A stretch of DNA of 64,000 nt, taken from the IMG/VR virus record IMGVR_UViG_3300027779_000022. One strand, 5' to 3'. The translations under genes were made by a program, and so were the position numbers. Within the stretch, counting starts at the first letter, position 1. The number at the start of each line of letters is the position of its first letter. Below the pieces are notes generated by a model, which saw only the letters and a program-made list of their open reading frames with translations, did not search any database and was not told the DNA's origin. Below are positions 9,764 through 19,515 of this stretch, one piece after another. This DNA is from an uncultured virus (IMG/VR IMGVR_UViG_3300027779_000022) (Duplodnaviria > Heunggongvirae > Uroviricota > Caudoviricetes).

Positions 9764-11577
9764 GTACTAAATTAAACAGGCAGCAAGTTTCTGTCTTAAT
9801 CAAAGAAACTATCGAGAACAAATTATTTGAACACAAATTGACAGAAGAAATTGGCAGTATTTATGAGTCACGCCAGGATCTACAAAGCGTCATATTACTT
9901 AGTATAATGGAAGAACTGTCTGGCAAAAAGATTCCGGACCCCACAATACTTGATGAAGGTATATGGGAAAAGGCCAAGCATATGCTATCTAAGATTAGAC
10001 TCAGTAAGAGCACAGGCGCATCCGCCCAGCGCGACAAACTTCAAGCTGCAGCAGACAATGCCGCAAACGCAGAGTTTGGTGAGATGTTCTCACAACTTAA
10101 GCAAGCACCCGGGTTTGATCAATTTCCTAACAATGAAAAGGAAGAAGAATTCCTCGGTATCAATATTGGTATTCACGCAATGTATACCGCGGTCAAGGAG
10201 GCACACAAACAAGGTATGCTCGAAACCGACACCGCAAACGATTTAGTATCAAAAATTAAAGGATACGTAGACGGTCTTGAAGGTGACTTGTCTTATTCCT
10301 ATAGATATGTTAATGAAGAAGTTGATGAAGCCGAAGAGCTTAACGAAAGAGTGGCTACAAACTATAATAGAGCGCTAAAGTTGTTTAAGTTGGCCAAAGC
10401 CGGCGAGATTAAGCCTAGGCAAATGAAAGCGCTCGATAAGATTAGAAATGGTTTAGAAAAAGAATTCCAGAAACGCGGCGGCACCAAGGGGATGACGAAC
10501 AAAGAACAAGATCTTCTCGGTAAGTTCTCAAAAGAATCAGACGTTTTTAAACAATACGACGCCAAAGGAAACTGGACTCCCGAAGTTGACAAGTTATCCC
10601 CTGGTTCTGACGCACCCGGCGGAGGCGGCGGAGGCGGAGGCGGAGGCGGCGGAGATTTAGGACCGGAACTAGGACCAGAGATGGACCCATCGATGCCTGA
10701 CGAATTTGGAAACTACAGTGATCCCGGACCCGAAGGCAATTTTGGGCAATCAATGCCCAACCCACAGGGCGCCACCTCAACTGGCATCGGCGACATCGGC
10801 GGTGTTCAAGATTTAGGTAGACTCTACCAAAAAGCTGGTAGCCTAAGCACACTTTCAACTTGGCTTGGCCCGGGCTTCCTTAAATCAGTAGCAGGCTTTG
10901 CACTTCCAGCGGCAGCAATTGGCGCCATTGGTATTTTAGTCGGCAAGAGATTGATGGGCAAGTCACGCGAAGGCGGACTTAAGAACTTATCGAAGATGAT
11001 TATACCGGTCGACCCTTCCGAACAAGAGACTAAGCCAGTGAGCGGCGATCCGCAAGGCCCGGATGATGGTGAAGGACAGGGCGGCGACCCAGATACCGGA
11101 GGCACACCAGGCGGCACCCCGGCCCCCGATGGTGGCGGCGGCGGAGCACACTTTCAGAAGTGGATTGCAGCCGGCGAGCCGCCCATGGAGGAATGGGTGA
11201 AACAGTATAAAGGTAAAATTATCTCCGTTACCGGAGATGCTGACAGTTATGTCTCGGATTCTGACCCAGATGGTCCGCCACCCGATGGTGGTCCGATCGG
11301 ATCTTTATTAGTGCCGAAAGCTCTTGAACTGGCCAAACTTCAATTAGCATACAAAGAAAAAAATCCAAATACACCGATGAGAGGACCTCTTCCCGTTCTT
11401 AAAAAGGCGATCGTAGACACTGAGGGCGCCCCATATGGTGAAGAAGAGGAAGAAACAATTTCTGACGATGAGCTTACTACGGGTCTGAACACCGGCGGTG
11501 GCCCTGGCCATGGCAATCAGAATCTAGCCGAAACTATTAATAGGTGGCAAAAGATTGCAGGAATTATCAAGGGGTAA
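9760..11577 (+). CDS. large low-complexity virion protein (possible ejected/internal protein)
   Basis: Gly12 run, Pro/Gly/Asp tracts, one hydrophobic segment, C-terminal RWQKIAGII resembling the scaffold C-terminus. Confidence 0.55.
   Translation: MSTKLNRQQVSVLIKETIENKLFEHKLTEEIGSIYESRQDLQSVILLSIMEELSGKKIPDPTILDEGIWEKAKHMLSKIRLSKSTGASAQRDKLQAAADNAANAEFGEMFSQLKQAPGFDQFPNNEKEEEFLGINIGIHAMYTAVKEAHKQGMLETDTANDLVSKIKGYVDGLEGDLSYSYRYVNEEVDEAEELNERVATNYNRALKLFKLAKAGEIKPRQMKALDKIRNGLEKEFQKRGGTKGMTNKEQDLLGKFSKESDVFKQYDAKGNWTPEVDKLSPGSDAPGGGGGGGGGGGGDLGPELGPEMDPSMPDEFGNYSDPGPEGNFGQSMPNPQGATSTGIGDIGGVQDLGRLYQKAGSLSTLSTWLGPGFLKSVAGFALPAAAIGAIGILVGKRLMGKSREGGLKNLSKMIIPVDPSEQETKPVSGDPQGPDDGEGQGGDPDTGGTPGGTPAPDGGGGGAHFQKWIAAGEPPMEEWVKQYKGKIISVTGDADSYVSDSDPDGPPPDGGPIGSLLVPKALELAKLQLAYKEKNPNTPMRGPLPVLKKAIVDTEGAPYGEEEEETISDDELTTGLNTGGGPGHGNQNLAETINRWQKIAGIIKG
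10618..10653 (+). repeat. GGC/GGA microsatellite encoding Gly12
   Basis: Read directly from sequence. Confidence 0.9.
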
Positions 11578-11580
11578 TTT

Positions 11581-11979
11581 GTGAAGAAATCAGATTTAAA
11601 ACAACTCATTAAACCTCTCGTTAAAGAGTGTATACACGAAGTCCTTCTTGAAGAAGGGCTTCTTTCCAATGTCGTGTCTGAGGTAGCAAAAGGGTTACAA
11701 ACCCAGAGCTTAATTGTAGAATCACAAAGAATTACCCCAGCACAGCCCAAGGCACAGAAGCAAAGGTCACCAGATGCCGGCGCCCAAAGAAAGAAGCTGT
11801 TGGATGCAATTGGCAAAGATTCCTTTAATGGAGTGGATCTGTTTGAAGGCTCTACACCAGTCCCAGCTCAACGAGAGACAACTGCCGGCACAGTAGATTT
11901 AGGTGACCCCGGAGATTCGGGCGTGGACATTAGCAATCTTGTCGGCAACTCCGCCAAGATGTGGGAGATGATGAAATAA
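11581..11979 (+). CDS. hypothetical head-module protein
   Basis: GTG start; KKSDLKQLIKPLVKE N-terminal motif. Confidence 0.65.
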   Translation: MKKSDLKQLIKPLVKECIHEVLLEEGLLSNVVSEVAKGLQTQSLIVESQRITPAQPKAQKQRSPDAGAQRKKLLDAIGKDSFNGVDLFEGSTPVPAQRETTAGTVDLGDPGDSGVDISNLVGNSAKMWEMMK

Positions 11980-11980
11980 G

Positions 11981-12229
11981 ATGGCAAGAAAGAAAGCAAA
12001 TGTTTTAGTAACCTCGAAAGAATGCCGCGGCAATCACGAAAGAATGATAAAAAGGTTTATCAAAAAAACTAAAAAAGAAAAAATTATAGAAGAAGCTAAG
12101 GATAGGCGATATTATAAAAAGCCATCTGACAAGAAACGAGAAGAAAAAGCGAAAGCTGAAAGAAGAAGAATCCGAGACGAATTAAAAGAACAAAGAGCAG
12201 AAGAAAGACGCAATAGAAAGAATAGGTGA
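11981..12229 (+). CDS. rpsU: phage-encoded 30S ribosomal protein bS21
   Basis: ERMIKRFIKK...IIEEAKDRRYYKKPSDKKREEK matches the bS21 pattern (alkRFkk...e.r.RefYeKPs..r). Confidence 0.85.
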   Translation: MARKKANVLVTSKECRGNHERMIKRFIKKTKKEKIIEEAKDRRYYKKPSDKKREEKAKAERRRIRDELKEQRAEERRNRKNR

Positions 12230-12236
12230 CTATTTA
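12229..12236 (+). promoter_or_regulatory. putative late promoter ACTATTTA
   Basis: Same motif at 14158, 16150, 19474, 24307, 27505, 32239, 62555; ACTACTTA at 22598, 24788, 57226; ACTAGTTA at 30471. Confidence 0.7.
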
Positions 12237-12267
12237 CTTTTGAATAATAAATTATGGAGATTTAAAA

Positions 12268-12693
12268 ATGGCCGAACAAAACTTTACCACCAGCTGGAAA
12301 TTTAGTGCAGGGCTTAATCATGCCCCTGCTTATCAAGTTAGTGGAGCCCCTTACGCAAAAGCCGCGATTGATTCATTGAACGGTCCAGGGCCCGCAGTCG
12401 TACACTTTCCGTACGTAACTAAATGGGTGCAAATTATTAACAATGATACCTCTAACGCCGTTAAAGTGGCATTTTCAGTTAGAGGGCTTGAATCTGAGAA
12501 CAACTATTTTACAGTTGGTAAAGGCGCGGCCGGCATTCCTGTCTCGACACAAGTACTGGATATGAAGGTTACCGAGGTATATCTGACTGGCTCTGTGAGC
12601 GTCGACATTGTTGCGGGTCTTACAAGCATCAAACCTCAGAGTGCAGCAACGACATTCGGTCCTAACTGGTCAGGCTCAGCAGGGGTCGGATAG
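12268..12693 (+). CDS. putative virion structural protein
   Basis: Late motif and GGAG SD; beta-rich 141 aa. Confidence 0.6.
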   Translation: MAEQNFTTSWKFSAGLNHAPAYQVSGAPYAKAAIDSLNGPGPAVVHFPYVTKWVQIINNDTSNAVKVAFSVRGLESENNYFTVGKGAAGIPVSTQVLDMKVTEVYLTGSVSVDIVAGLTSIKPQSAATTFGPNWSGSAGVG

Positions 12694-12696
12694 CAG

Positions 12697-13365
12697 ATGG
12701 CTCAGTTTGGTTGGGCATATGTAAACTGTTCAAGCTCGGGCACGGCGGTAGGTCCCACCGGCTCAGTTCAGTTTTTAACCGGTGCGGGGAATACCTCCGG
12801 ATCGGCTAACTTTATGTGGTATACCGCATCTGACGTCCCTTATACTGCTAACACACTGTTGGTTAAAGGTACACTTCATGTGTCCGGAGCAATCACCGCT
12901 AGCCATTATCACATTGAGAATGTTACCCAAATTGATGTTAGTGGTTCTACTTTCATGGGTAACACAAATGACGACCGCCATATTAGAACTGGTAGCTTAA
13001 CGGTTGTTAAAGCAGATGGCACCATATTGATGGATGTCGACAACACTAACGAAACTGTACAAGTCCGAGGCTTCCGCGGCCTTTACGAGCCAGTAACTGT
13101 AAACCACAGCACTGCATCAGCACCTTCATATATTATTGGCGTCAGGCACACTTCAAACGTTCAGGTATTAATCCCAAGCGCTTCAACGTACGGATCCGGT
13201 GCGATTATAATTGTTAAAGATGAAGTAACCGACCGCGGCGGTACTAATATAATATTAACCGCTTCTGCCGGTTACACAATTGATAACACGGAATCATATA
13301 TTCTCACTGGCTCGATGCCCGCAATTAGTTTATATTCTAATGGCGCGAACTGGTTTGTCTTCTAA
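12697..13365 (+). CDS. fibre-like virion protein, paralog 1
   Basis: Ser/Gly/Thr-rich; C-terminal domain IVKDE...TID...LYSNGANWFVF. Confidence 0.6.
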   Translation: MAQFGWAYVNCSSSGTAVGPTGSVQFLTGAGNTSGSANFMWYTASDVPYTANTLLVKGTLHVSGAITASHYHIENVTQIDVSGSTFMGNTNDDRHIRTGSLTVVKADGTILMDVDNTNETVQVRGFRGLYEPVTVNHSTASAPSYIIGVRHTSNVQVLIPSASTYGSGAIIIVKDEVTDRGGTNIILTASAGYTIDNTESYILTGSMPAISLYSNGANWFVF

Positions 13366-13411
13366 TTACTATTGATATATATCAGTCTAATAATAGTAGG
13401 GGTAAAACAGT

Positions 13412-14137
13412 ATGGCGTTCAATGCGATGTCTGGAACGGTTATCATGGGTGGTACTTTCGAGCTGCCTGCCGGCGGTATCCTGTCGGGAAACCTTAGTAC
13501 TTCCGACGCTGCAAACGTCGTTAATGTGCCCCGCGTCTCAAACGCTACGAACAATGCGATTATTACGAACATTGGTGGAGATGCCAATACATTAACATGC
13601 GAGAGCAACCTTACCTTTGACGGTACGATTTTAAATGTAACAGGGCACGTTACAGCAAGCTTGGGGCTTTCAGCCTCTTTTTTATACGGAGATGGGAGCA
13701 ACCTTATCAACGTTAAAGCAGATCATGTTGTAGCAGAAGGTCCCGCATATTCTATTCAGTTTCACGATTCTTCTGATGGAGATTTAACTGGCTCTTCAAA
13801 TCTTATATTTTCTAGCAATGTTCTTTCTGTATCTGGCGGGATAGTCTTTAATCGAATCCAGACGACTGCAAATATGACGGCTTCCGCAACAGATTATTTC
13901 ATTGCAATCAACACAAATAGCAACCCGGTTGATGTAAGGCTTCCTAGTGCTGCGCTTCTTGCAAGCGGGCAAACTTATGTAATAAAAGATGAAGGCGGCG
14001 CCGCAAGTTCGAACAACATAACAGTTTTAGCTTCAGGATCACAAACAATTGATGGCCAAAATTCGATAGTTTTAGAGTCGCCTTATGCATCGATTCAGCT
14101 TTATTGCAACGGCTCAGATAAATACTTTATCTTCTAA
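13412..14137 (+). CDS. fibre-like virion protein, paralog 2
   Basis: C-terminal domain VIKDE...TIDG...LESPYASIQLYCNGSDKYFIF. Confidence 0.6.
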   Translation: MAFNAMSGTVIMGGTFELPAGGILSGNLSTSDAANVVNVPRVSNATNNAIITNIGGDANTLTCESNLTFDGTILNVTGHVTASLGLSASFLYGDGSNLINVKADHVVAEGPAYSIQFHDSSDGDLTGSSNLIFSSNVLSVSGGIVFNRIQTTANMTASATDYFIAINTNSNPVDVRLPSAALLASGQTYVIKDEGGAASSNNITVLASGSQTIDGQNSIVLESPYASIQLYCNGSDKYFIF

Positions 14138-14170
14138 AAAAAAACGTCAAACTCGTCACTATTTATAATG

Positions 14171-14192
14171 AACGAGGCTTATGTGCCTCGTT
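14171..14192 (+). promoter_or_regulatory. 5' leader hairpin after late motif
   Basis: AACGAGGC-ttatgt-GCCTCGTT, 5 nt after ACTATTTA at 14158. Confidence 0.5.
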
Positions 14193-14263
14193 TGCTATTG
14201 ACAAACAATTTAATAATTTAATTGCTTGTTCTATAAAACTTAATATATGGAGGGTTTTAAACT

Positions 14264-16087
14264 ATGGCTTATAAATTTCAAACTGGGGACGCTATTCTTA
14301 GCGGTTCCCTTACACGAGAAGGTTCGACGATTATCACCAACGATGCTGGCGCAGAAGTCGGTGTCTTTGATAATGGCGGAGTTCTCTCGGCATCTGCCGG
14401 CGCTACCGCCGCAAGTTTCACTTGTGATGGTGCACTCACCGCTGCCACGGCTGCACTCACGTCTCTTACAGCTTCTTCCGGTCTAAAAGCCGGCGAGGTA
14501 CAAGCAACTGGTCACGTGATTGCCCCGGCACTCATTTCTACCAACATCGTTTCCGGTTCTGGTCTTGCTTCTTTCGAGAGCCTAAGACTTGGCGGCGGTA
14601 CTGCTACTGTTAGCAACCTAGGTGCTGCAGTTTTCGGCGGTTCTGTAACTGCGGTCGGTTCTTTCGTTATCGGCAGCGCTGATCTCAACGAGGCCGATCT
14701 CGAAAAACTCGACGGTATCACTAACGGTACCGCTGCTGCATCTAAGGCTCTTGTTGCCGATGCAAACATCGACATCTCTGGTCTTCGTAATCTTACTGCT
14801 ACTGGCGTCATTTCGGCTGCTGGTATAACACTCGGTTCTGCCGTGCTTGTTGAAGCTGAGTTAGAAATGCTTGACGGCATTACTGCTGGTACTGCTGCTG
14901 CATCTAAGGCTCTCGTTGCTGATAGTAACATCGACATCGCTGGCCTTCGCAATGTAACTGGCACTGGCGCTATCACCGCCGGTACTTCGTTCATCATCGG
15001 TTCTGCCGACTTGAATGAAACCGATTTAGAGAAGCTTGACGGCATCACTAACGGTGCTGGTGCTGCAAATAAAGCTCTTGTCCTTGATGCAAGTGCTGAT
15101 GTGGCCTCCGGTCTACGTAATCTCACCGCTGGCGGTGCTTTAAACACAGCAACTCTTTCTGCATCTGGTGATGCGGGCAGCAACCGATTTTATGTCGGTG
15201 GTCCAAACTTTGGTGCCGCAAGCTTCAAAATTGACGACGCTGGTGTTATGGTCACAAACGCGATCCTTGGAACTAGTTTCTCAGGTTCAAGTTTTGTTTC
15301 GGCTTCTCACCTTTCTATCAACAACAACAACGCAAGCATTTCTGCATTAGGCGATGCTAGCTTCGCTGCAGTAACTGTTGGTTCTCTTCTCAAGATGCCT
15401 GACAACACATCTACCAAGTTTCTTGTTGCCGATGGCACAAGTTATCAAGAAGTGGCGATGAGTGGTGATGCTACTATGGACAACACTGGAGCAATAACAC
15501 TTGCTAACAACTCTGTCTCAAATGCCCAACTCGACAACGATGCAGTCACCGGCGCCGAACTCGCCGACGATGCTGTTGACTCCGAACACTATACAAATGG
15601 TTCTATTGATCTCATTCACATGAGTGCAAACTCTGTTGATTCAGATCAGTATGTCGATGGCTCTATTGATCTCATTCACATGAGTGCAAACTCTGTTGAT
15701 TCAGATCAGTATGTCGATGGCTCTATTGATGATGTACACCTTTCCGATGGTGTTGCAACTGGTTTAGCCGGCGCTGGTCTCTTGGCCACCTCTGGTGTGC
15801 TTTCTGTCCAAGGTAACGCTGTTGCTCTTGGTACGGATACTGTTATCCTTTCCGAAGGTTATAACTACTTCACTGGTTCAGCGACTGCTGTTTGCACGTT
15901 GCCTTCTGGTTCTATCGGTGATGTTGTCATTGTTAAGGCTGGTCCAACCGGTGCTGGTAACACAATTACCATTAGCAGGTCTGGTTCTTTAGATACAATT
16001 GATAACAGTACTACTGTTGTCCTTGAATCACCATATGCTGCTGTTTCAATGGTATATGTTACTCACGGCGACTGGCGAATCGTATAA
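14264..16087 (+). CDS. long fibre-like virion protein, paralog 3, with internal repeats
   Basis: Three ~57 aa repeats (LEKLDGITNGTAAASKALV), 20 aa repeats, C-terminal LESPYAAVSMVY..GDWRIV. Confidence 0.65.
   Translation: MAYKFQTGDAILSGSLTREGSTIITNDAGAEVGVFDNGGVLSASAGATAASFTCDGALTAATAALTSLTASSGLKAGEVQATGHVIAPALISTNIVSGSGLASFESLRLGGGTATVSNLGAAVFGGSVTAVGSFVIGSADLNEADLEKLDGITNGTAAASKALVADANIDISGLRNLTATGVISAAGITLGSAVLVEAELEMLDGITAGTAAASKALVADSNIDIAGLRNVTGTGAITAGTSFIIGSADLNETDLEKLDGITNGAGAANKALVLDASADVASGLRNLTAGGALNTATLSASGDAGSNRFYVGGPNFGAASFKIDDAGVMVTNAILGTSFSGSSFVSASHLSINNNNASISALGDASFAAVTVGSLLKMPDNTSTKFLVADGTSYQEVAMSGDATMDNTGAITLANNSVSNAQLDNDAVTGAELADDAVDSEHYTNGSIDLIHMSANSVDSDQYVDGSIDLIHMSANSVDSDQYVDGSIDDVHLSDGVATGLAGAGLLATSGVLSVQGNAVALGTDTVILSEGYNYFTGSATAVCTLPSGSIGDVVIVKAGPTGAGNTITISRSGSLDTIDNSTTVVLESPYAAVSMVYVTHGDWRIV
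15602..15730 (+). repeat. perfect 60-bp tandem duplication
   Basis: 15602-15661 is identical to 15662-15721, plus a partial third copy. Confidence 0.95.
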
Positions 16088-16113
16088 TTCACCACAACCT
16101 TTGGTTGTTTCCT

Positions 16114-16144
16114 GGATGCCCTCCTTGTGGGGGCATCCTTTTTT
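16114..16144 (+). terminator. intrinsic terminator
   Basis: GGATGCCCTC-cttgt-GGGGGCATCC followed by T6. Confidence 0.85.
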
Positions 16145-16192
16145 ATTAGACTATTTAAAACTATAAAGCTATTTACTGGAGATAGGATAACT

Positions 16193-17320
16193 ATGGCATA
16201 TAATGTATTAAAAGGAAAGGTTGATGGCTCAGTCGATCAGTACGGCGATCAAGAGATTGGTGGCGTTAAAATATTTAAGAGCGCTATCAGTGCAAGCGTC
16301 TTCTACGACACCGATGCTATGAGCCCTTGTGCCACAATGAAAGACGTTGCAATAACAAAAATTGTTGGTGGAACAAAGGAGAATCTTTTAACTTACGAAG
16401 GTGATTCAGAAATAAAAGCTCATCATGATTTAACATATGATGGTGTAACTTTACAGTCTCATCACATAAGATCAAAACTTTTTATGGGTTCTGGAAAATC
16501 CCTAACGGATTTACCAGCAAATAAATTCTATGAAAAGATAAATGCAGTAAATTTGAATTTTGGAAGAGGCTTGCATAACGTCAGAAAAGAATTGCAAGTT
16601 AAAGCTATCAATGGATTAGAAGTAGATGAAGATGGCGTCGGCATATCTTTGTCGCCCACCTCTGGCTTATCAATTCGTTCAAAGAATCTGGTGGTTGACC
16701 CAACTAAAATGGAAGCGATAAACCTAGGTGGACAAAATCTTAGTGATCAAGATCTTCTAATGGTTTCAGACATATCTAAAGGTTCTACTAAGAGCACAAC
16801 ACTAAAGAATCTTTACGACAGTTACATTAGTATTAAAATGCACAGACCCTCTGGCAAGAAAAACGAGATTCAATGGATGGGATCGAATGAGTTTGATTCA
16901 TCTCCTAATCTTACGTACGATGGACAATCAGATACATTAGCGGTTGATGGAAAAATCAAAACTAGTAATTTAAAAGTAGATTCAACAATCGTATGCACCG
17001 GAGCAGTATACTATAACATAAACAAGGTCACTTCCGCGGAATATAATGTTCAATCGGAAGATTACACAATTCTTTGCGACGCCTCACAAAATAAAATTAA
17101 AGTTATTTTACCTCCCGCGGTAAACAACAATGGAAGAATTTTGATAATCAAGAAGGCAAACTCTGATAAATACAAAATAAATTCCAATCAAGTTGATGTA
17201 CTCTGTAAAGAGGGCCGAATAGATATTAATGACACCATGCCAATAAAAATGAATTATTCATCCAGAACTCTTCAATCAGATGGAGAAAATTGGTGGATTA
17301 TTGGAACTAAGGGTTCCTGA
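16193..17320 (+). CDS. fibre-like virion protein, paralog 4
   Basis: Start moved to MAYNVLKG (16193); C-terminal IIKK...LQSDGENWWII. Confidence 0.6.
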   Translation: MAYNVLKGKVDGSVDQYGDQEIGGVKIFKSAISASVFYDTDAMSPCATMKDVAITKIVGGTKENLLTYEGDSEIKAHHDLTYDGVTLQSHHIRSKLFMGSGKSLTDLPANKFYEKINAVNLNFGRGLHNVRKELQVKAINGLEVDEDGVGISLSPTSGLSIRSKNLVVDPTKMEAINLGGQNLSDQDLLMVSDISKGSTKSTTLKNLYDSYISIKMHRPSGKKNEIQWMGSNEFDSSPNLTYDGQSDTLAVDGKIKTSNLKVDSTIVCTGAVYYNINKVTSAEYNVQSEDYTILCDASQNKIKVILPPAVNNNGRILIIKKANSDKYKINSNQVDVLCKEGRIDINDTMPIKMNYSSRTLQSDGENWWIIGTKGS

Positions 17321-17353
17321 AAGATACTTATACATAACGGAGACTATTACTAA

Positions 17354-19435
17354 ATGGCTTATAATTCCTCAAAAGGACCACAACAACACGGCGACGTAAA
17401 ATTTGAAGACGATCCCGAAGATACTCAGATTGATTTCGAAAACGATTTTATAGCTTTCAAAACCAACGGTATCCAAAGATTCATAATCAACGGTTCACAT
17501 ATCACAGCATCGATATCCTTATCCTCTTCTGCGGCCGCAGACTTCAAAAGCTTAAATATTAATGGGGCCCGGGCAGCAATCAGCGAGGCGGGAGCGATCA
17601 CCACTGTTACCCTTACGGCTTCACAGGGTATCAGAGCGAATGAATTTTCAGCTGTTGGTCATATACAAGCCCCGGCATTTATTGCTGCAGGCGGCGCCGG
17701 CATTATTTCCGGCTCTGGCCAAGGATCTTTCGAGAATATAAGTATCGGCGGAGGTAGAGCGTCCGTTAGTAATGTTGGAGTAGTTACCGCAGTAAGCCTC
17801 ACGGCATCTGCTGCTGGTCATTTCCAAAGTTTACAAATTAATGGTAACCATGCATCTATTGATGCCAATGGGGCTATTACCGTCCGCGAGGTTACAGCCT
17901 CGGCAGGAATTAAAGCGGCTTCTGTATCTGGTTCAGGCGCCGGCGCCTTTCAAAGTCTTGCAATCCATGGCGGCGTGGCTTCTATTTCTAATGCCGGCAC
18001 TGCAGTCTTAGCTGGAGTTACAGCAACAAGCGTAACTTCATCGGGAGCCGGAGGATTCCAAAGCCTTACAATAAATGGCAACCATGCTTCGATAGATGCG
18101 AATGGAAAAACTATTCTAAGAGAGCTGACTGCATCATCTGGTATTATGGCTGTAAGCATATCCGCTTCTGCAGCTGGCGCTTTCCAAACCTTGGCGATCA
18201 ATGGTAATCGTGCGTCAATCAATGCCACCGGTGCAGCTACATTTAGAGAGATTACGGCTTCTGCTGGAATCAAAGCGGTTTCGGTATCTGGTTCGGGCAC
18301 TGGCGCTTTCCAGACATTAGCTATAAATGGCAACAGAGCCTCGATCAATGCACTTGGGGCAGCTACGTTTAGAGAAATTACATCCTCTGCTGGCATTAAA
18401 GCCACTACGATATCCGGCTCTGGCTTGGCATCGTTTCAGCTGTTAAACATAAATAACAATACTATGACTGTTGCTGCTGACGGAGCTATAGGCGTTAACG
18501 AAGAGCCCGGTATCGGTTGTTGTTTCAAGATTAAAGCACCCGCCGACGAAAGTTCCATGATCTTTAAGTTTCCCAGTCATGAGGTAGTTCTTGGCATAAC
18601 CGGCTCAGGGCAGGTAACAGTCGGTGGCCTTCTTTTAAATGCGAAACTAAATGTCACTGGCTCAGACTTAGATATGCTCTTTGAAGCTAAGAGCAATACA
18701 AGAATCCCTGCATTTCGAGTTGAAGGAAGTGGGCAGACCTTTATCTCCGGAAGTTTAATCCTTAAAAACACGGAGCCTACAATTTACTTTAGCTCATCAC
18801 ACAATCCTGGCACCCCATTGGGACAAATAGGTTATAATTCTTCGGACAATATTTTAATTCAAAACGATACGATCAACAAGCACATTGTATTGAAGGTCAA
18901 TGACGGCGGTGTAACTCGGGAAGGATTCAGAATTAATGGTTCAGTACCAGAAGTTGTTGTCAATGAGGGTTCTGACTCTTTAGTTGATTTTAGAGTCGAA
19001 AGCACTAACAACACTCACATGTTGTTTGTTGACGGCAGCACCGACAAGGTTGGAATAAATACAGCCACTCCGGGAGATTCCCTCAGTGTTGTAGGATCAA
19101 CTCACATGAGCGGATCGGTTAGACTTCATACTGCTTTGAAAACAGCTAACTATACCTTAACGGCTACGGATCGAGTGGTTATATTCAACCCCACGAATGG
19201 TACCACAGCTTCTTTACCAGCCTTGTCTAATGCGACTGTAGGTTTAACGTATACAATTAAAAATCTTTCACCTCATGTGATTCAAGTTTCCGCCAGCAGC
19301 GCACAAGAAGACTTTATTGATGGGTTATCGACACATGATTTGGCAGCGTCGACGGCGGGCTCTGGCTCTTTTATAACTGTATGTGGATTTGCTATTGGAG
19401 CCGGCTTTGATTGGGCAGTTATTGCTAAAAACTAA
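17354..19435 (+). CDS. long fibre protein, paralog 5, with ~39 aa repeats
   Basis: Repeated FQTLAINGNRASINA.GAATFREITASAGIKA; DFRVES...VGINTATP fibre-type motifs. Confidence 0.65.
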   Translation: MAYNSSKGPQQHGDVKFEDDPEDTQIDFENDFIAFKTNGIQRFIINGSHITASISLSSSAAADFKSLNINGARAAISEAGAITTVTLTASQGIRANEFSAVGHIQAPAFIAAGGAGIISGSGQGSFENISIGGGRASVSNVGVVTAVSLTASAAGHFQSLQINGNHASIDANGAITVREVTASAGIKAASVSGSGAGAFQSLAIHGGVASISNAGTAVLAGVTATSVTSSGAGGFQSLTINGNHASIDANGKTILRELTASSGIMAVSISASAAGAFQTLAINGNRASINATGAATFREITASAGIKAVSVSGSGTGAFQTLAINGNRASINALGAATFREITSSAGIKATTISGSGLASFQLLNINNNTMTVAADGAIGVNEEPGIGCCFKIKAPADESSMIFKFPSHEVVLGITGSGQVTVGGLLLNAKLNVTGSDLDMLFEAKSNTRIPAFRVEGSGQTFISGSLILKNTEPTIYFSSSHNPGTPLGQIGYNSSDNILIQNDTINKHIVLKVNDGGVTREGFRINGSVPEVVVNEGSDSLVDFRVESTNNTHMLFVDGSTDKVGINTATPGDSLSVVGSTHMSGSVRLHTALKTANYTLTATDRVVIFNPTNGTTASLPALSNATVGLTYTIKNLSPHVIQVSASSAQEDFIDGLSTHDLAASTAGSGSFITVCGFAIGAGFDWAVIAKN

Positions 19436-19515
19436 TAGGGTCCTCAAAAAAAGGGTTTTTTGGGTTGCTGAACACTATTTATTTTGAATTATAAAGTTAA
19501 TTTAGGAGACTGTTC

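Noticed and set aside
14198..14230. TTGACA as a sigma70 promoter
   Set aside because: No acceptable -10 hexamer at 16-18 nt spacing; lies within a leader hairpin
14512..15183. Long minus-strand ORFs (also 17950-18405, 54606-55145, 62683-63213)
   Set aside because: Antisense shadows of well-supported + strand genes; no SD or recognisable motifs
16127..16192. ORF-track upstream starts (also 8646, 56565, 58248, 59804)
   Set aside because: They run through terminators or upstream genes; downstream ATGs fit SD or motif evidence better
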